A stretch of 64,000 bases of DNA from Gammaproteobacteria bacterium (lineage in GTDB: Bacteria; Pseudomonadota; Gammaproteobacteria; Eutrophobiales; Eutrophobiaceae). The stretch covers positions 704,001-768,000 of the forward strand of contig OZ220696.1 in the NCBI GenBank assembly GCA_965116495.1. Direction: 5' to 3'. The notes beneath the pieces were generated by a model that did not search any database, was not told where the DNA came from, and was given only the letters and a program-made list of their open reading frames with translations. The position numbers were made by a program, and so were the translations under genes. Positions within the stretch are counted from its first letter, which is position 1. Each line of letters opens with the position of its first letter. Shown here one piece after another: positions 17,920 through 28,155 of this stretch.

Positions 17920-20900
17920 TCAGGCGCCAGCATTACATCTGAGTTCATTGGTTTTTTCCGTATCGATTTTACCGGCCGGATCAATGTCAACGCGGTACAC
18001 ATGGCGAGCCCTGTCGATGCTGACAAGTCCTTCCCTGACATCCCTGGCAACGCGCTGCGGGTCTCTCTCAAATGGCTTGCCGTACCCGCCGGCGCCGGTA
18101 CAAATAGATATGATCGACTCGCCGGGTTCGAGCGTGACCCGGGCACAAAGATCCAGTTCCTCCAGTTGGCCATCGCGCCTGCGGATAAACTGTTGTGATC
18201 TTGTGCCTGCATGGCCACCCCGTACACCGAGTGGGGCATTGATGGTGCCGTCACTGGTAAACAGCGCTTCAATACTGGTATCGACCGGTTCATATTCCAC
18301 ATAAGCGCTTGGTGAACCCGTGTGCCGGCCTGCACCTTCCGTATCCTGAATTAAATACTGCGAACTTACCAGGATTGGATATTTCATCTCGTCCACTTCA
18401 ATAGAATCGTGGTGCTGCAGTCCGGCAACCCCTATACCTATTATGGTCAACCAGCCGTCGGCGTAGGGTGCACCGGGTCCGTTACAAACCAGCAGGCACA
18501 GGAAGTTCTGAAAGTGACCTCTGCCTTCCCGGGGATCGACGCCGGATATCACAGCCATCGCCGGCGGCATATGCCGGCCTATTTCGGCCAGGCCAAATCC
18601 CTCGCCCAGTTGGGCGAAACCCAGAGCGACGGCTTTCCCCGCCAGTTCGGACAGGTTGGTCGTGGCAACGGAACAACTGAAAGGGTGGCTTGGAATGCCT
18701 ATGGCACAATTTTCCCTCAGCAGGACTTCGATGCGGCGAAAACTTCCGGAATTCAACGGCACCTGCCGGCGCATGCTGGAGAATACGCCGGCCATTGCCG
18801 CAGATGCAATCGTCGACTCGGACAGGTTCATGCCGAACGGTTGGCAATCGATGTTATCCCTTAAATCTACTTCGACCCTGGCGTCGGCAGGAAATACGGC
18901 CAGGTCGACATTGATGGGGACACCGTTTTCAGCGCCCGGCACCGGGTCATGGTGGATGGTCACCCGGGTTTTGCCATCGGGCAGTTCACTTAATGCGGAA
19001 ACCATTCTGCGTTCCGAATAGTCCATCCAGTCCTGGGCAAATGCTTCAAAGGTACCTTCCGATACGTTGTCCAGAAACTCCAGCAGCCGTTTTTCCCCGA
19101 TTCGACAGGCCCCCAGCATGGCAAGAAAATCACCGTACCACATATCGGGCACCCTGATACGTAGCCGGCATAAGCGGATAAAGTCATCATCCAGTTGATA
19201 ATCACGCTGAATTTTTACACAGGGAAATATCAGGGCGCCTTCCTCATACACGTCTTTGGCAGCAGCAAAAAATGTAGTCGGAATGGAGTTGCCGCAATCT
19301 GCCATATGGGCCTTGGCATAAACCGTTGCGCGATGTCTGCCCTGGGCATCAACCACCGGCATCAATATCGTCCAGTCGGCAGGGTGGGTATTACCGTGGT
19401 AAGGCGAATTATGTACGAAAGCATCACCCCGGTAGAGCACCGGATGGCATTCTTTCATATAGCGGGACTGCAGGTCAGGTCCGCACAGCGTCATGCACGG
19501 CAAGCCTTCGCATACGGTCAGGATTTCGTCATTGGCAGTGACGATCCCGCAGGCAAAGTCCCTGGCCATGTTCATAATCGCGGAACGGGATGTCCGCAGC
19601 AAGGTGTTCCGCATCGCCAGCACAACGGATTCCAGCCGGCTGTTCAGCAGGGCCAGTTCATGACCGCTCATTTTCGAGCCTGCCTTGACGGTGTCCTCGA
19701 CGATGTTTCTCAGGAGTGACTCTCCGGGCTCGACCATGAACGAGGAACCTGTCATTTTTACCGCATTGGCGCCGGGCGGAACAATAATGGTGGTTACCGG
19801 TGATTCTATAAAGGCAGGACCATGAATTTTTATCCCCGCCCGTAACGTTTCCGCGCGTTGTACCCGGGCGGTGGTCCAGCCCATACCCTGGAAGTAAGCC
19901 TTGCGTTCAGTTCCCGCCTCCCGGACGACAGTACTGTACTCTGCGCTCGAGACCACGTCCTTGTGCAGTTTGCAGGACACCTCTGCGCGCCAGGCGATCA
20001 CTTCAATCGGCGCTGCAGTATCTTCAATCGCAAACAGGTCGAGATGTACCTTGTGAAAATCATGGACCAGTCCCTTGACGTCATCTTCGCTATCGAACCT
20101 GTCACGGCGCAAGGGGACTTCTATTTCCCAGACCTGGTCCGGGTAGCGAGCCTCTACGCTGAAGTTTATCGTGACATCATCCGTACCCGAGTTCGCCGCA
20201 AATGACTCACATTCCCGGCGCAGGTCTTGGAGGATACGGTTCGCTGCAGCGCGGTCGAATACCGTACTCAGCATGAAATGTGTCCTGGAGAAGTCACGTT
20301 TGAGTTCGGACAACAACGCGCCGGCAGCGCTGAGTGCCGCGGATACGGAAGGTATCAGTATTTGTCTGACGCCCAATTGGGCCGCGATAGTTGCCGAGTA
20401 CAAACCGCCACCGCCGCCTCCACCGACCAGCAGGGCATTAACCGGATCAATACCCCGTTCCAGGGTGATCTCTTCGATGGCGACTACCATGTTCTGGCAG
20501 GCCAGCTCAAATATCGCCGCTGCTGCGTCTTCCAGTTTCAGGTCGATATGCCCGCCTACCCCGGACATGATCGCCTGTTCAGCAAGAGAGACGTCAATCT
20601 CTATGTTGCCGCCAAGATAAAACGCCGGGTCCAGGTAGCCCAGCACGATGCAAGCATCAGTAAGCGTGGGCTGTTTCCCCCCCTTGTTCCAGCAGGCGGG
20701 TCCCGGGTCGGCGCCGGCGCTCTGTGGGCCGACATGCAATAAACCGCCGTCATCGACCCAGGCGATAGAACCTCCGCCGGCGCCGATACTGCGCACATCA
20801 ACCGAAGCAAAGCCGGTCATGAACCCCTGTTTCTGGTCGCCTACCATGGCTTCACGGGTCCAGGGAATCTGGCCGTTTTGTACCAGGCCCACATCGAAAG

Positions 20901-21807
20901 TCGTGCCGCCGGCGTCAGTGACGATAGAAAGATCGGAGTTGCAGTCATGTTTCGCATAATGGCGTCCGGCTATCGGCGCCGCCGCCGGCCCGCTGCCTAT
21001 CGTATGGATAGGCCTGTCCCACACATCGTCTGCATCAAGCATCCCGCCTGACGCGGTTAATATCAACAGGCGTCCCGTGAAGCCCTCTCCACGCAAGCTT
21101 GATTCCAGGTGGCGCAGATAAGCGCCCATCAACGGTTTCAGCGAGGCATCTATCGCCGTTGAAGAGGCGCGGCGGTATTCGCGGATAGTCGGGTTGAGCT
21201 GGTGAGAAAGTGTGTAAGGTATACCGGGCAGGTGTTCGTCAAGCAGCCTGCCCAGTTCCAGTTCATGCACCGGATTTACGGCCGACCAGAGCAGGCATAC
21301 CGCAACGGCTTCAATTTCTTCCTGTTTTATTTTCCTTATTGTCTCGATAGCAGCCTTCTGGTCGATTTCTTTCACCACACGGCCATCAGCGTAGATACGC
21401 TCCGCTATTTCGTAGGACAGGGACCTGGGGATATAAGGCTCAGGATATTCCTGGGAATAATCCATCGGTTCATGACGCCCGCCACCTTCCCTGACCAACA
21501 GCATATCCTTATGGCCTTTAGTGGTCATAAATGCAGTACGGGCAGTTTTGTGTTCCACGATGGCATTGGTCGCCCTGGTAGTGCCGTACACCAGTATGTC
21601 TCCCAGTTCCAGCAAACGTCCCGCACTCATGCCTAATTCCTGCGCGGCAAAACTGATTACGTCAAGCAGTCCCCTGGTCGGGTCATCCGGGGTTGTAGGG
21701 CGTTTGAACAGACGTAATTTATCGTCCAGTCCCTCAATGATGAGATCGGTAAATGTTCCGCCGGTATCGACGCCGAAGCGCAGACGTGTATTATTATCCG
21801 GGCTCAT
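17920..21807 (-). CDS. Fused hydantoinase A/B / ATP-dependent 5-oxoprolinase-like lactamase
   Basis: A part: VDTGGTFTD, SGPAA, DAGGTT, VGPQSAGADPGP. B part: HNSPYHGNTHPAD, GAGGYG. 1295 aa. Confidence 0.9.
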   Translation of the reverse strand: MSPDNNTRLRFGVDTGGTFTDLIIEGLDDKLRLFKRPTTPDDPTRGLLDVISFAAQELGMSAGRLLELGDILVYGTTRATNAIVEHKTARTAFMTTKGHKDMLLVREGGGRHEPMDYSQEYPEPYIPRSLSYEIAERIYADGRVVKEIDQKAAIETIRKIKQEEIEAVAVCLLWSAVNPVHELELGRLLDEHLPGIPYTLSHQLNPTIREYRRASSTAIDASLKPLMGAYLRHLESSLRGEGFTGRLLILTASGGMLDADDVWDRPIHTIGSGPAAAPIAGRHYAKHDCNSDLSIVTDAGGTTFDVGLVQNGQIPWTREAMVGDQKQGFMTGFASVDVRSIGAGGGSIAWVDDGGLLHVGPQSAGADPGPACWNKGGKQPTLTDACIVLGYLDPAFYLGGNIEIDVSLAEQAIMSGVGGHIDLKLEDAAAAIFELACQNMVVAIEEITLERGIDPVNALLVGGGGGGGLYSATIAAQLGVRQILIPSVSAALSAAGALLSELKRDFSRTHFMLSTVFDRAAANRILQDLRRECESFAANSGTDDVTINFSVEARYPDQVWEIEVPLRRDRFDSEDDVKGLVHDFHKVHLDLFAIEDTAAPIEVIAWRAEVSCKLHKDVVSSAEYSTVVREAGTERKAYFQGMGWTTARVQRAETLRAGIKIHGPAFIESPVTTIIVPPGANAVKMTGSSFMVEPGESLLRNIVEDTVKAGSKMSGHELALLNSRLESVVLAMRNTLLRTSRSAIMNMARDFACGIVTANDEILTVCEGLPCMTLCGPDLQSRYMKECHPVLYRGDAFVHNSPYHGNTHPADWTILMPVVDAQGRHRATVYAKAHMADCGNSIPTTFFAAAKDVYEEGALIFPCVKIQRDYQLDDDFIRLCRLRIRVPDMWYGDFLAMLGACRIGEKRLLEFLDNVSEGTFEAFAQDWMDYSERRMVSALSELPDGKTRVTIHHDPVPGAENGVPINVDLAVFPADARVEVDLRDNIDCQPFGMNLSESTIASAAMAGVFSSMRRQVPLNSGSFRRIEVLLRENCAIGIPSHPFSCSVATTNLSELAGKAVALGFAQLGEGFGLAEIGRHMPPAMAVISGVDPREGRGHFQNFLCLLVCNGPGAPYADGWLTIIGIGVAGLQHHDSIEVDEMKYPILVSSQYLIQDTEGAGRHTGSPSAYVEYEPVDTSIEALFTSDGTINAPLGVRGGHAGTRSQQFIRRRDGQLEELDLCARVTLEPGESIISICTGAGGYGKPFERDPQRVARDVREGLVSIDRARHVYRVDIDPAGKIDTEKTNELRCNAGA

Positions 21808-21808
21808 A

Positions 21809-22198
21809 TCAACTGGTTGCCTGTTTGGTTTTTTCCGTATCGAAATAATCCCTTACCCAATCAATCTTCCCATCCTTGATATCAGTGATAAATACCCCTT
21901 TACTTGAAAATGACCTGCCGTTTTTCAGACTGAAATCACCTCGCCATTCGGCAATGACAACGTTCATCCCCGTATCTTCAAAAATGTTATATGGTTCGAA
22001 GTGAATACTGGTAAACTTTGCCAGCACGTCATCACGCATGTATTTCAAAAAATCAGCCCGTCCTTCGATATCGGTGCCGAATGCAGTGCCGGCAGCCGTG
22101 TGTTTTACCTCATCCGTAACAATCGGGGACAATCCATCTGCATTGCGTTCATTGAAGCAGCGTACCATGGACATAATCAGTTCTTTATTTGTACTCAT
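21809..22198 (-). CDS. NTF2/SnoaL-like protein
   Basis: 129 aa with IEGR and the C-terminal IKDGKIDWVRDYFD. Confidence 0.8.
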   Translation of the reverse strand: MSTNKELIMSMVRCFNERNADGLSPIVTDEVKHTAAGTAFGTDIEGRADFLKYMRDDVLAKFTSIHFEPYNIFEDTGMNVVIAEWRGDFSLKNGRSFSSKGVFITDIKDGKIDWVRDYFDTEKTKQATS

Positions 22199-22355
22199 GT
22201 CAGATCTCCATAGGAAGAATCACTGTCGGGGCAATGCAAGTAAAAATTATCTTTCTGTGCGGCAGGTTATTGCTATCCCTTTACAGCAAGACTTATCCTT
22301 TCTGCGCATTCGATGTGTCCAGGCACCGGGAAGGCACTCCTCAACCCCTGCTTTG

Positions 22356-22601
22356 CTATCCTGCCGCAATCTTTCTGATAAAAACAAACTCGCTGTCAGG
22401 ATTAAGTTTTTCAAGAAAAGGATTATTTATGACAACCCCGTCGATTGACACCATATAGTTGCTCAGTTCTGCTTCGGAAAGACCGGAATAAAGCCTTGAT
22501 AATTCCGTTATCAGTTCACGGCAACTGCCGGCTGCAATATCTGTTTCCCTCAAACCGTCAGTGAATAGCGTCTGTTCCGGATTAAATATTACCCTGGCCA
22601 T
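22356..22601 (-). CDS. MoaD/ThiS-like ubiquitin-fold protein
   Basis: 81 aa ending VSIDG...LNPDSEFVFIRKIAAG; directly downstream of the molybdoenzyme gene. Confidence 0.7.
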   Translation of the reverse strand: MARVIFNPEQTLFTDGLRETDIAAGSCRELITELSRLYSGLSEAELSNYMVSIDGVVINNPFLEKLNPDSEFVFIRKIAAG

Positions 22602-22628
22602 TTCTGAAAAAGCCGGATGGATAGATGG

Positions 22629-24875
22629 TCAGTGATTATTTTCCAGGATTGCATCCATCACCCTTGATGGATTTAGCGGCATATCGCTGATTGAAGTCCC
22701 CAGGGCGCGATTGACCGCAATCGCTACCGCCGCCATCGGTGCGCATATAGGTGTTTCTCCAACACCCCGCACACCGTAAGGATGCTCCGGGTTCGGCACT
22801 TCTACGATCACCGTATCTATCATCGGCAAATCGGTAGCAACAGGAATGCGGTAATCAAGGAAGCCGGGATTGATCATTTCCCCGGCCTCATCGTACCTGT
22901 ACTCTTCATTCAGGGCCCAGCCTATCCCCTGTGCCACGCCGCCCTGCATCTGGCCTTCGACATAATCGGGATGGATTGCGATACCCGCATCCTGAATTGC
23001 CGTAAACCGTTCTATCCCTACTTTGCCGGTCTCATTGTCTACGCTGACATCGACAAGGTTGACTGCACAACTGGGCGCAGCGCCACTGGTATTCGCAGAC
23101 ACGCTGGCACTGATTGTGCCCCCGGTTTTATAGGCTGTTCGCGCCAGTTCCGCTATCCCCATGCCGGGCAGATTTGAACTGCGGGCATGAGCAGCGCCGG
23201 CTTGCCAATATACATTTTCAACGTCAATGTCCCACAGTGCTGCGGCCCGCTTGCATAACTCCTGTTTAACCTGTTCCGCTGCCTGTACGACTACCTTGCC
23301 CGTGGCCAGGGTTACGCGACTGCCGCCCGTGACGTCGGAAAACCCGACAGTCTCCGTGTCGGCTACAATGGGTGTAATTGATTCTACCGGCACATCAAGG
23401 GTTTCTGCCGCCATTAAGGCCATGGAGGCGCGGGAACCGCCAATGTCCGGTGTGCCGACCAGCAGGTTGACTTTCCCGGTTTCCGTCAAGTGTATCGTGG
23501 CACTGGAATGACAACTGCCGCCGATGTAAAACGCACAGGCCACACCACGGCCGTAACCGGTCGGCAACTTTGACGTGTAGTGCGGATGCGTTCTGGCGCG
23601 CTGCAAGCTCTCTACCAAACCGAGTGGGCCCAGTTTTAATCCGAACAGATTAGTATTTCCCTCCCTGTTCGCATTTAATAAGCGGATTTCTATCGGGTCC
23701 AGGTCCAGCCCTCGCGCCAAATCATCCACAACGTTTTCACAGGCCAGCAATGCCTGCGGTAATCCCGGGGCGCGATATGGCGTTACATTGAGTTTATTGA
23801 CCAGTATTTCAAGACCTTCCACCCGCATGTTGGGAGTGTCATAGCAGGAAAAAATGTTCATTTTCGCCTCCTGCATGGAACCGCCCCGGAAAGCACCGGC
23901 TTCGTATTCCATATGGGCTTCCAGCGCAGTTATCTTCCCGGACTTTGCCGCACCCGCTTTTAACCTGATACGGGTTGCCGGTGCATGGCCGGTAGCCCGG
24001 AAGACCTCTTCTCTTGTCATTGTCATCTTGACCGGCCTGCCGGATTTTCCCGATAAAACTGCAGCAACCGGTTCCAGGTAAGGAACCAGCTTGCCGCCAA
24101 AACCACCGCCGATTTCGCTTGGTGTTACTTTTATATCAGCCGCGTCAATACCGAGAATCAAAGCGGTATAGGCGCGTACCGCAAAGGCTCCCTGGGTGGA
24201 ACACCATATTTCAACCTTGCCGTTTTCATTGACGCTGACTACGCAGCCAAGTGGTTCTATATAACCCTGGTGAACAGGGGGTGTCGTAAATGTTCTTTCT
24301 ACAACCAGATCAGCTTCTCTGAAACCATGTTCTATATCACCACGCTCCAGAGTAGTGCGCGCGGCGATATTGGATTGTCTGGAAACCGTCTCAGCTGAAC
24401 CTTCCGGGATAGTATTTTCATCTATCACAGGCGCACCGGGCGCCAGCGCCGCATCAATTGTTAAAACATGGGGTAATACCTCATAGTCGGCATCGATCAA
24501 ATCAAGCGCCTGTTCAGCGATTTCAACAGAAGTAGCGGCAACAGCGGCAACGGCGTGTCCGTGGTAAAGCGCCTTATCCTGCGCCATGACAGTTTGCGAC
24601 TGTGTAACGGCATCTATCGGCAGGACAATACCTTCAACCGTCACATCCGTTAAGGTAGGAAAATCATCCCGGCAGGTAACAGCAATTACCCCGTCCAGAG
24701 CAAGAGCCCTGCTCAAATCGATGGATTTAATACGGGCATGAGCATGCGGGCTGCGCAGTACTTTCCCATAAAGCATGCCCGGCAAGGAAAAGTCTGAGCC
24801 ATAATCCGCTCGGCCGGTGACTTTATCCAGTCCATCAGGACGAACAGGCCGTGTGCCTATATATTTGTATGTCAT
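22629..24875 (-). CDS. Xanthine dehydrogenase/CoxL-family molybdopterin-binding subunit
   Basis: RPDGLDKVTG, RSPHAHA, IGGGFGGK, YRAPG, EGQMQGG and GVGE motifs. Confidence 0.9.
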   Translation of the reverse strand: MTYKYIGTRPVRPDGLDKVTGRADYGSDFSLPGMLYGKVLRSPHAHARIKSIDLSRALALDGVIAVTCRDDFPTLTDVTVEGIVLPIDAVTQSQTVMAQDKALYHGHAVAAVAATSVEIAEQALDLIDADYEVLPHVLTIDAALAPGAPVIDENTIPEGSAETVSRQSNIAARTTLERGDIEHGFREADLVVERTFTTPPVHQGYIEPLGCVVSVNENGKVEIWCSTQGAFAVRAYTALILGIDAADIKVTPSEIGGGFGGKLVPYLEPVAAVLSGKSGRPVKMTMTREEVFRATGHAPATRIRLKAGAAKSGKITALEAHMEYEAGAFRGGSMQEAKMNIFSCYDTPNMRVEGLEILVNKLNVTPYRAPGLPQALLACENVVDDLARGLDLDPIEIRLLNANREGNTNLFGLKLGPLGLVESLQRARTHPHYTSKLPTGYGRGVACAFYIGGSCHSSATIHLTETGKVNLLVGTPDIGGSRASMALMAAETLDVPVESITPIVADTETVGFSDVTGGSRVTLATGKVVVQAAEQVKQELCKRAAALWDIDVENVYWQAGAAHARSSNLPGMGIAELARTAYKTGGTISASVSANTSGAAPSCAVNLVDVSVDNETGKVGIERFTAIQDAGIAIHPDYVEGQMQGGVAQGIGWALNEEYRYDEAGEMINPGFLDYRIPVATDLPMIDTVIVEVPNPEHPYGVRGVGETPICAPMAAVAIAVNRALGTSISDMPLNPSRVMDAILENNH

Positions 24876-24915
24876 AGATGTATTAAAACCCGGTGTTCCT
24901 GCTTTGTATCTCCGG

Positions 24916-25389
24916 CTAGCATTCCCGTAATTCGCGGGCCGCATCCAGCACCGCGCGCACGATTTTGTCATAGCCCGTACAACGACACAGGTTTCCTGCC
25001 AGCCAGTACCTTACCTGTTCTTCATCAGGATCCCTGTTGCTGTCCAGTAATGCCTTGGCGGCAACTACTATGCCCGGAGTGCAGATACCGCATTGCAAGG
25101 CCGCGTGTTCCAGTAATTTTTTTTGTACAGGGTGTAGTTTGTTCCCTTTTGCAACTCCCTCCACAGTGTCAACAGACTGTCCTTCCATCTCGACTGCGAG
25201 CAGCAGGCAGGCACACACTAAACAGCCGTTTAATATGATTGAGCAGGCACCGCAATCACCCGTATTGCACCCTTCTTTAGTTCCCGTCAGACGTAAACGC
25301 TCGCGCAATACATGCAGCGCCGTTTCATGCGGTTCACACAGAAACTGCACCGGTTCGTTGTTAATACTGGTCTTTACATGCAAAGCCAT
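24916..25389 (-). CDS. CoxS-type (2Fe-2S)-binding subunit
   Basis: GCNTGDCGAC, QCGICTPG and NLCRCTGY. Confidence 0.92.
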   Translation of the reverse strand: MALHVKTSINNEPVQFLCEPHETALHVLRERLRLTGTKEGCNTGDCGACSIILNGCLVCACLLLAVEMEGQSVDTVEGVAKGNKLHPVQKKLLEHAALQCGICTPGIVVAAKALLDSNRDPDEEQVRYWLAGNLCRCTGYDKIVRAVLDAARELREC

Positions 25390-25783
25390 GTCATGTGCCG
25401 GCTATGCCGCCGGATATTCAGACAACAATTCATCGTCATTATTCACCATTTTTATTCTCCTGTCTGGCCAAGTCAAATTTATATATGAAACTACGGGAGC
25501 ACTTTATTTTCAACCTGCATGGCCACCCATACATAATCGTGCCTGGGATAAGAACCGGCAAGTACTGTACTGATTTTAATGGTCGTTGCAATTTCATCCT
25601 GGTTACTTACGTGGAATAGTCTGGTACAGAACTGAAATTATCTTTTTTCCTGTCAGGGCATTGCTAGCCCGTAGCGGCAGTACTTATCCTTTAAGCGCAT
25701 TTGATTATCCTCCATATTCATAGAGTTAATTTCACATATGGTTTATAGTTGTATGCAGTTGATGACAGACGGTAGAAGAACGC

Positions 25784-26800
25784 ATGGCTGATCACAACCT
25801 CACTAATTCACTGCCGATAAGTGTTGATACATTCAGTACGACCGAGGCTCAGGTAGCTAACGAGTATATTAACGACCACGTTGCCTTGCATCGCCTTGAC
25901 GTAGTCGATGTGTGCTCCGGTGTCAAATTTGATTGCCGGCGATGGCAGATAGGGGATTTTCAGGTATGTGACTTTTCCTACGGTGAATGTGAAGTTGAAG
26001 TCACCGTTAACCAGTGCGATGAACAGGGGTTTTTTATCGTCATACCGATTTCCGGCCATGTTGATATCTCATCAAAAGATGTACAGCTTGCCCTGCAGCC
26101 GGGGTCGGCGATGGCCTTCACCACACCGGAAGCCGCAAATACATCCTTCCATGACTCCCGGAGTTTTCGCAATATCAATATTTGTGCATCCTATGAAGCA
26201 TTACGCAGCTTTCTTGCGAGAGAGTTCGACCTGCCAATAACCCGTAGTATCAGTTTTGCCAAGCACCCGATATTTGTCAGCAATGATTTCCGTTTTTTAC
26301 TTGACTATATTGAGTGGTTTTCAAACCGGATTGACAGGGATGTCGTGTCAATGCTGAATAACAGTTCTCACCTGGCCGGCCACCTGCACGATATGGTGTT
26401 GGGTTTACTTATCTCCACATTTGACAATAACTACCAGGAACTTTATTGCTCGCAAAACAAGAAAAGCATCTCTCCCTCATATGTGCGCTTGGCTGAAGAA
26501 TATATGCGTGACAATGTCTGTGAGACTGTGACCGTCAACGATATTGCCAGGGAAGTGGGTGTTGCAATGCGGACTTTGCATAAGGGGTTTCAGCGTTATC
26601 GCAATTACAGCGTGTCGGAATTTTTAAGAAACGAACGGTTGTCCCTGGCCCATAAGGAACTGGCCACTGCGAAGGAAAGAAAGCAGTCGGTTACCGATAT
26701 TGCTTATTCCTGTGGTTTTGCTCATCTCAGTAAGTTCGCGGTTGCCTACCGGAAAAGATACGGAGAAAAGCCTTCTGAAACTCTCAGGAAAGGAAATTGA
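25784..26800 (+). CDS. AraC-family transcriptional regulator
   Basis: C-terminal HTH (RTLHKGF...VTDIAYSCGFAHLSKFAVAYRKRYGEKPSETLR); divergent from coxS. Confidence 0.9.
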   Translation: MADHNLTNSLPISVDTFSTTEAQVANEYINDHVALHRLDVVDVCSGVKFDCRRWQIGDFQVCDFSYGECEVEVTVNQCDEQGFFIVIPISGHVDISSKDVQLALQPGSAMAFTTPEAANTSFHDSRSFRNINICASYEALRSFLAREFDLPITRSISFAKHPIFVSNDFRFLLDYIEWFSNRIDRDVVSMLNNSSHLAGHLHDMVLGLLISTFDNNYQELYCSQNKKSISPSYVRLAEEYMRDNVCETVTVNDIAREVGVAMRTLHKGFQRYRNYSVSEFLRNERLSLAHKELATAKERKQSVTDIAYSCGFAHLSKFAVAYRKRYGEKPSETLRKGN

Positions 26801-26817
26801 ACTGCTTTAACGCGGTC

Positions 26818-28143
26818 TCAATTAACGAACGTCTGAATAACCTCAGGCAGGTTTGATACAGACAGGCTGACGGATAACAGCAATCCTGTTGCCAGGACGA
26901 TATTCCGTTTCACGCTGGCCACATGCTCACCCATCACGGCTTTGTTGTTGAGCAGGAAGATCAGCACAAAAAACGCGAGCGGTATAACTATTGTATTTAC
27001 CCCCATCAGTAACAGGTTCTTCGCTAAAGCAGGGAATTCCCAGAATGGCGCAGATACAGCCGGGGCAAGAATAAAGAATACCAGTGCACGTTTGAAGGCC
27101 TTGTTGTCGTCACTGTAGTGCCAGTTACGCCTCATTATATCCAGGCATGCGTAACTGGTGACTTCCACAATCACTATATACGTGGTGATGGCCGCTACCA
27201 ACATGCCAAGGGAAAATATGATCGGTCCCAGAAAACCGATGGCGTCAGGAAACGCCCGTACAAGTATTTTGCTGGCCTCGTTAACGGAATCGATTTCTGC
27301 ATGATTCGCCAGAGGATAAAGTGCAAAGCCCCCGGCGATGATGATAAACAGGGAATACCCGCCATACATAATTCCGAGATTAACGACGGATTTTCTGAAC
27401 TCTTTCTTCAGGTCGGCAGCACCGGCCTGGCTGTCCGCGCTGAGGTACGAGATTCCAAATAAAGCTCCGGGGGCCAGCACGCTACCGATGATAGCGAGCA
27501 TTGAAAGACTGCTGTCACGGCTGATTTCCTGCCCCGGCACCGGCAGGTCGGCAGGGATGCCGGGCACAAATCCTGCCAGGATAGCGCCAATCTCCTGAAA
27601 GCCGCGCAAGGCCACGATCAGGAAACAGATAAACATCACCACCATACAGGCAGTCATCACCCGTTGCATCCGTTCATAGCCTTCCGCGGCAAGCAGCCAG
27701 ATAAGCATGGCTGCAAAACCCAGTGCCAGGACCAGTTCGGCAATACGGTACATGCCGGCGGCGCCCTCAGGCCCACCTGCTTCCGGAGGATAATACCCGA
27801 ACAAGGACAGTGACGCGGATGTCATGATTGACACATGGGCCATTCCGACGAGGAAATGTACCGGGACATGAATCATGATGATCAGCCATGCAACACCCGG
27901 GTGGATGAAGTCACGGATCAATGAAAACATCCCCCGATCCTTGTTCACCAGGCCCAGACGTGCAGCCGAATCCACAGATACCACGAATAATGGCAGGATT
28001 AATACGGCAAGCCAGAGCAGATCATAACGAAACCAGGCGCCGGCAAGTATGAGTGATGAGGTGGAACCGGCGCCCATGGACCCGGCGGTGATGACTGCGG
28101 CCGGCCCGACCATAGCGATGAAGTAAGCGAGTAATTTGCGCAT
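26818..28143 (-). CDS. NRAMP/YcsG-like transporter (paralogue of 11488..12813)
   Basis: GPAAVITAGSMGAGS; shares blocks such as GGFALYPLANHAEIDSV with the first copy; both are 441 aa. Confidence 0.75.
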   Translation of the reverse strand: MRKLLAYFIAMVGPAAVITAGSMGAGSTSSLILAGAWFRYDLLWLAVLILPLFVVSVDSAARLGLVNKDRGMFSLIRDFIHPGVAWLIIMIHVPVHFLVGMAHVSIMTSASLSLFGYYPPEAGGPEGAAGMYRIAELVLALGFAAMLIWLLAAEGYERMQRVMTACMVVMFICFLIVALRGFQEIGAILAGFVPGIPADLPVPGQEISRDSSLSMLAIIGSVLAPGALFGISYLSADSQAGAADLKKEFRKSVVNLGIMYGGYSLFIIIAGGFALYPLANHAEIDSVNEASKILVRAFPDAIGFLGPIIFSLGMLVAAITTYIVIVEVTSYACLDIMRRNWHYSDDNKAFKRALVFFILAPAVSAPFWEFPALAKNLLLMGVNTIVIPLAFFVLIFLLNNKAVMGEHVASVKRNIVLATGLLLSVSLSVSNLPEVIQTFVN

Positions 28144-28155
28144 ATAATGCTGCGC

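Noticed and set aside
22629-25389. Aerobic CO dehydrogenase
   Set aside because: The active-site loop is PYRAPG, not AYxCSFR, and no coxM or coxDEFG genes are adjacent.
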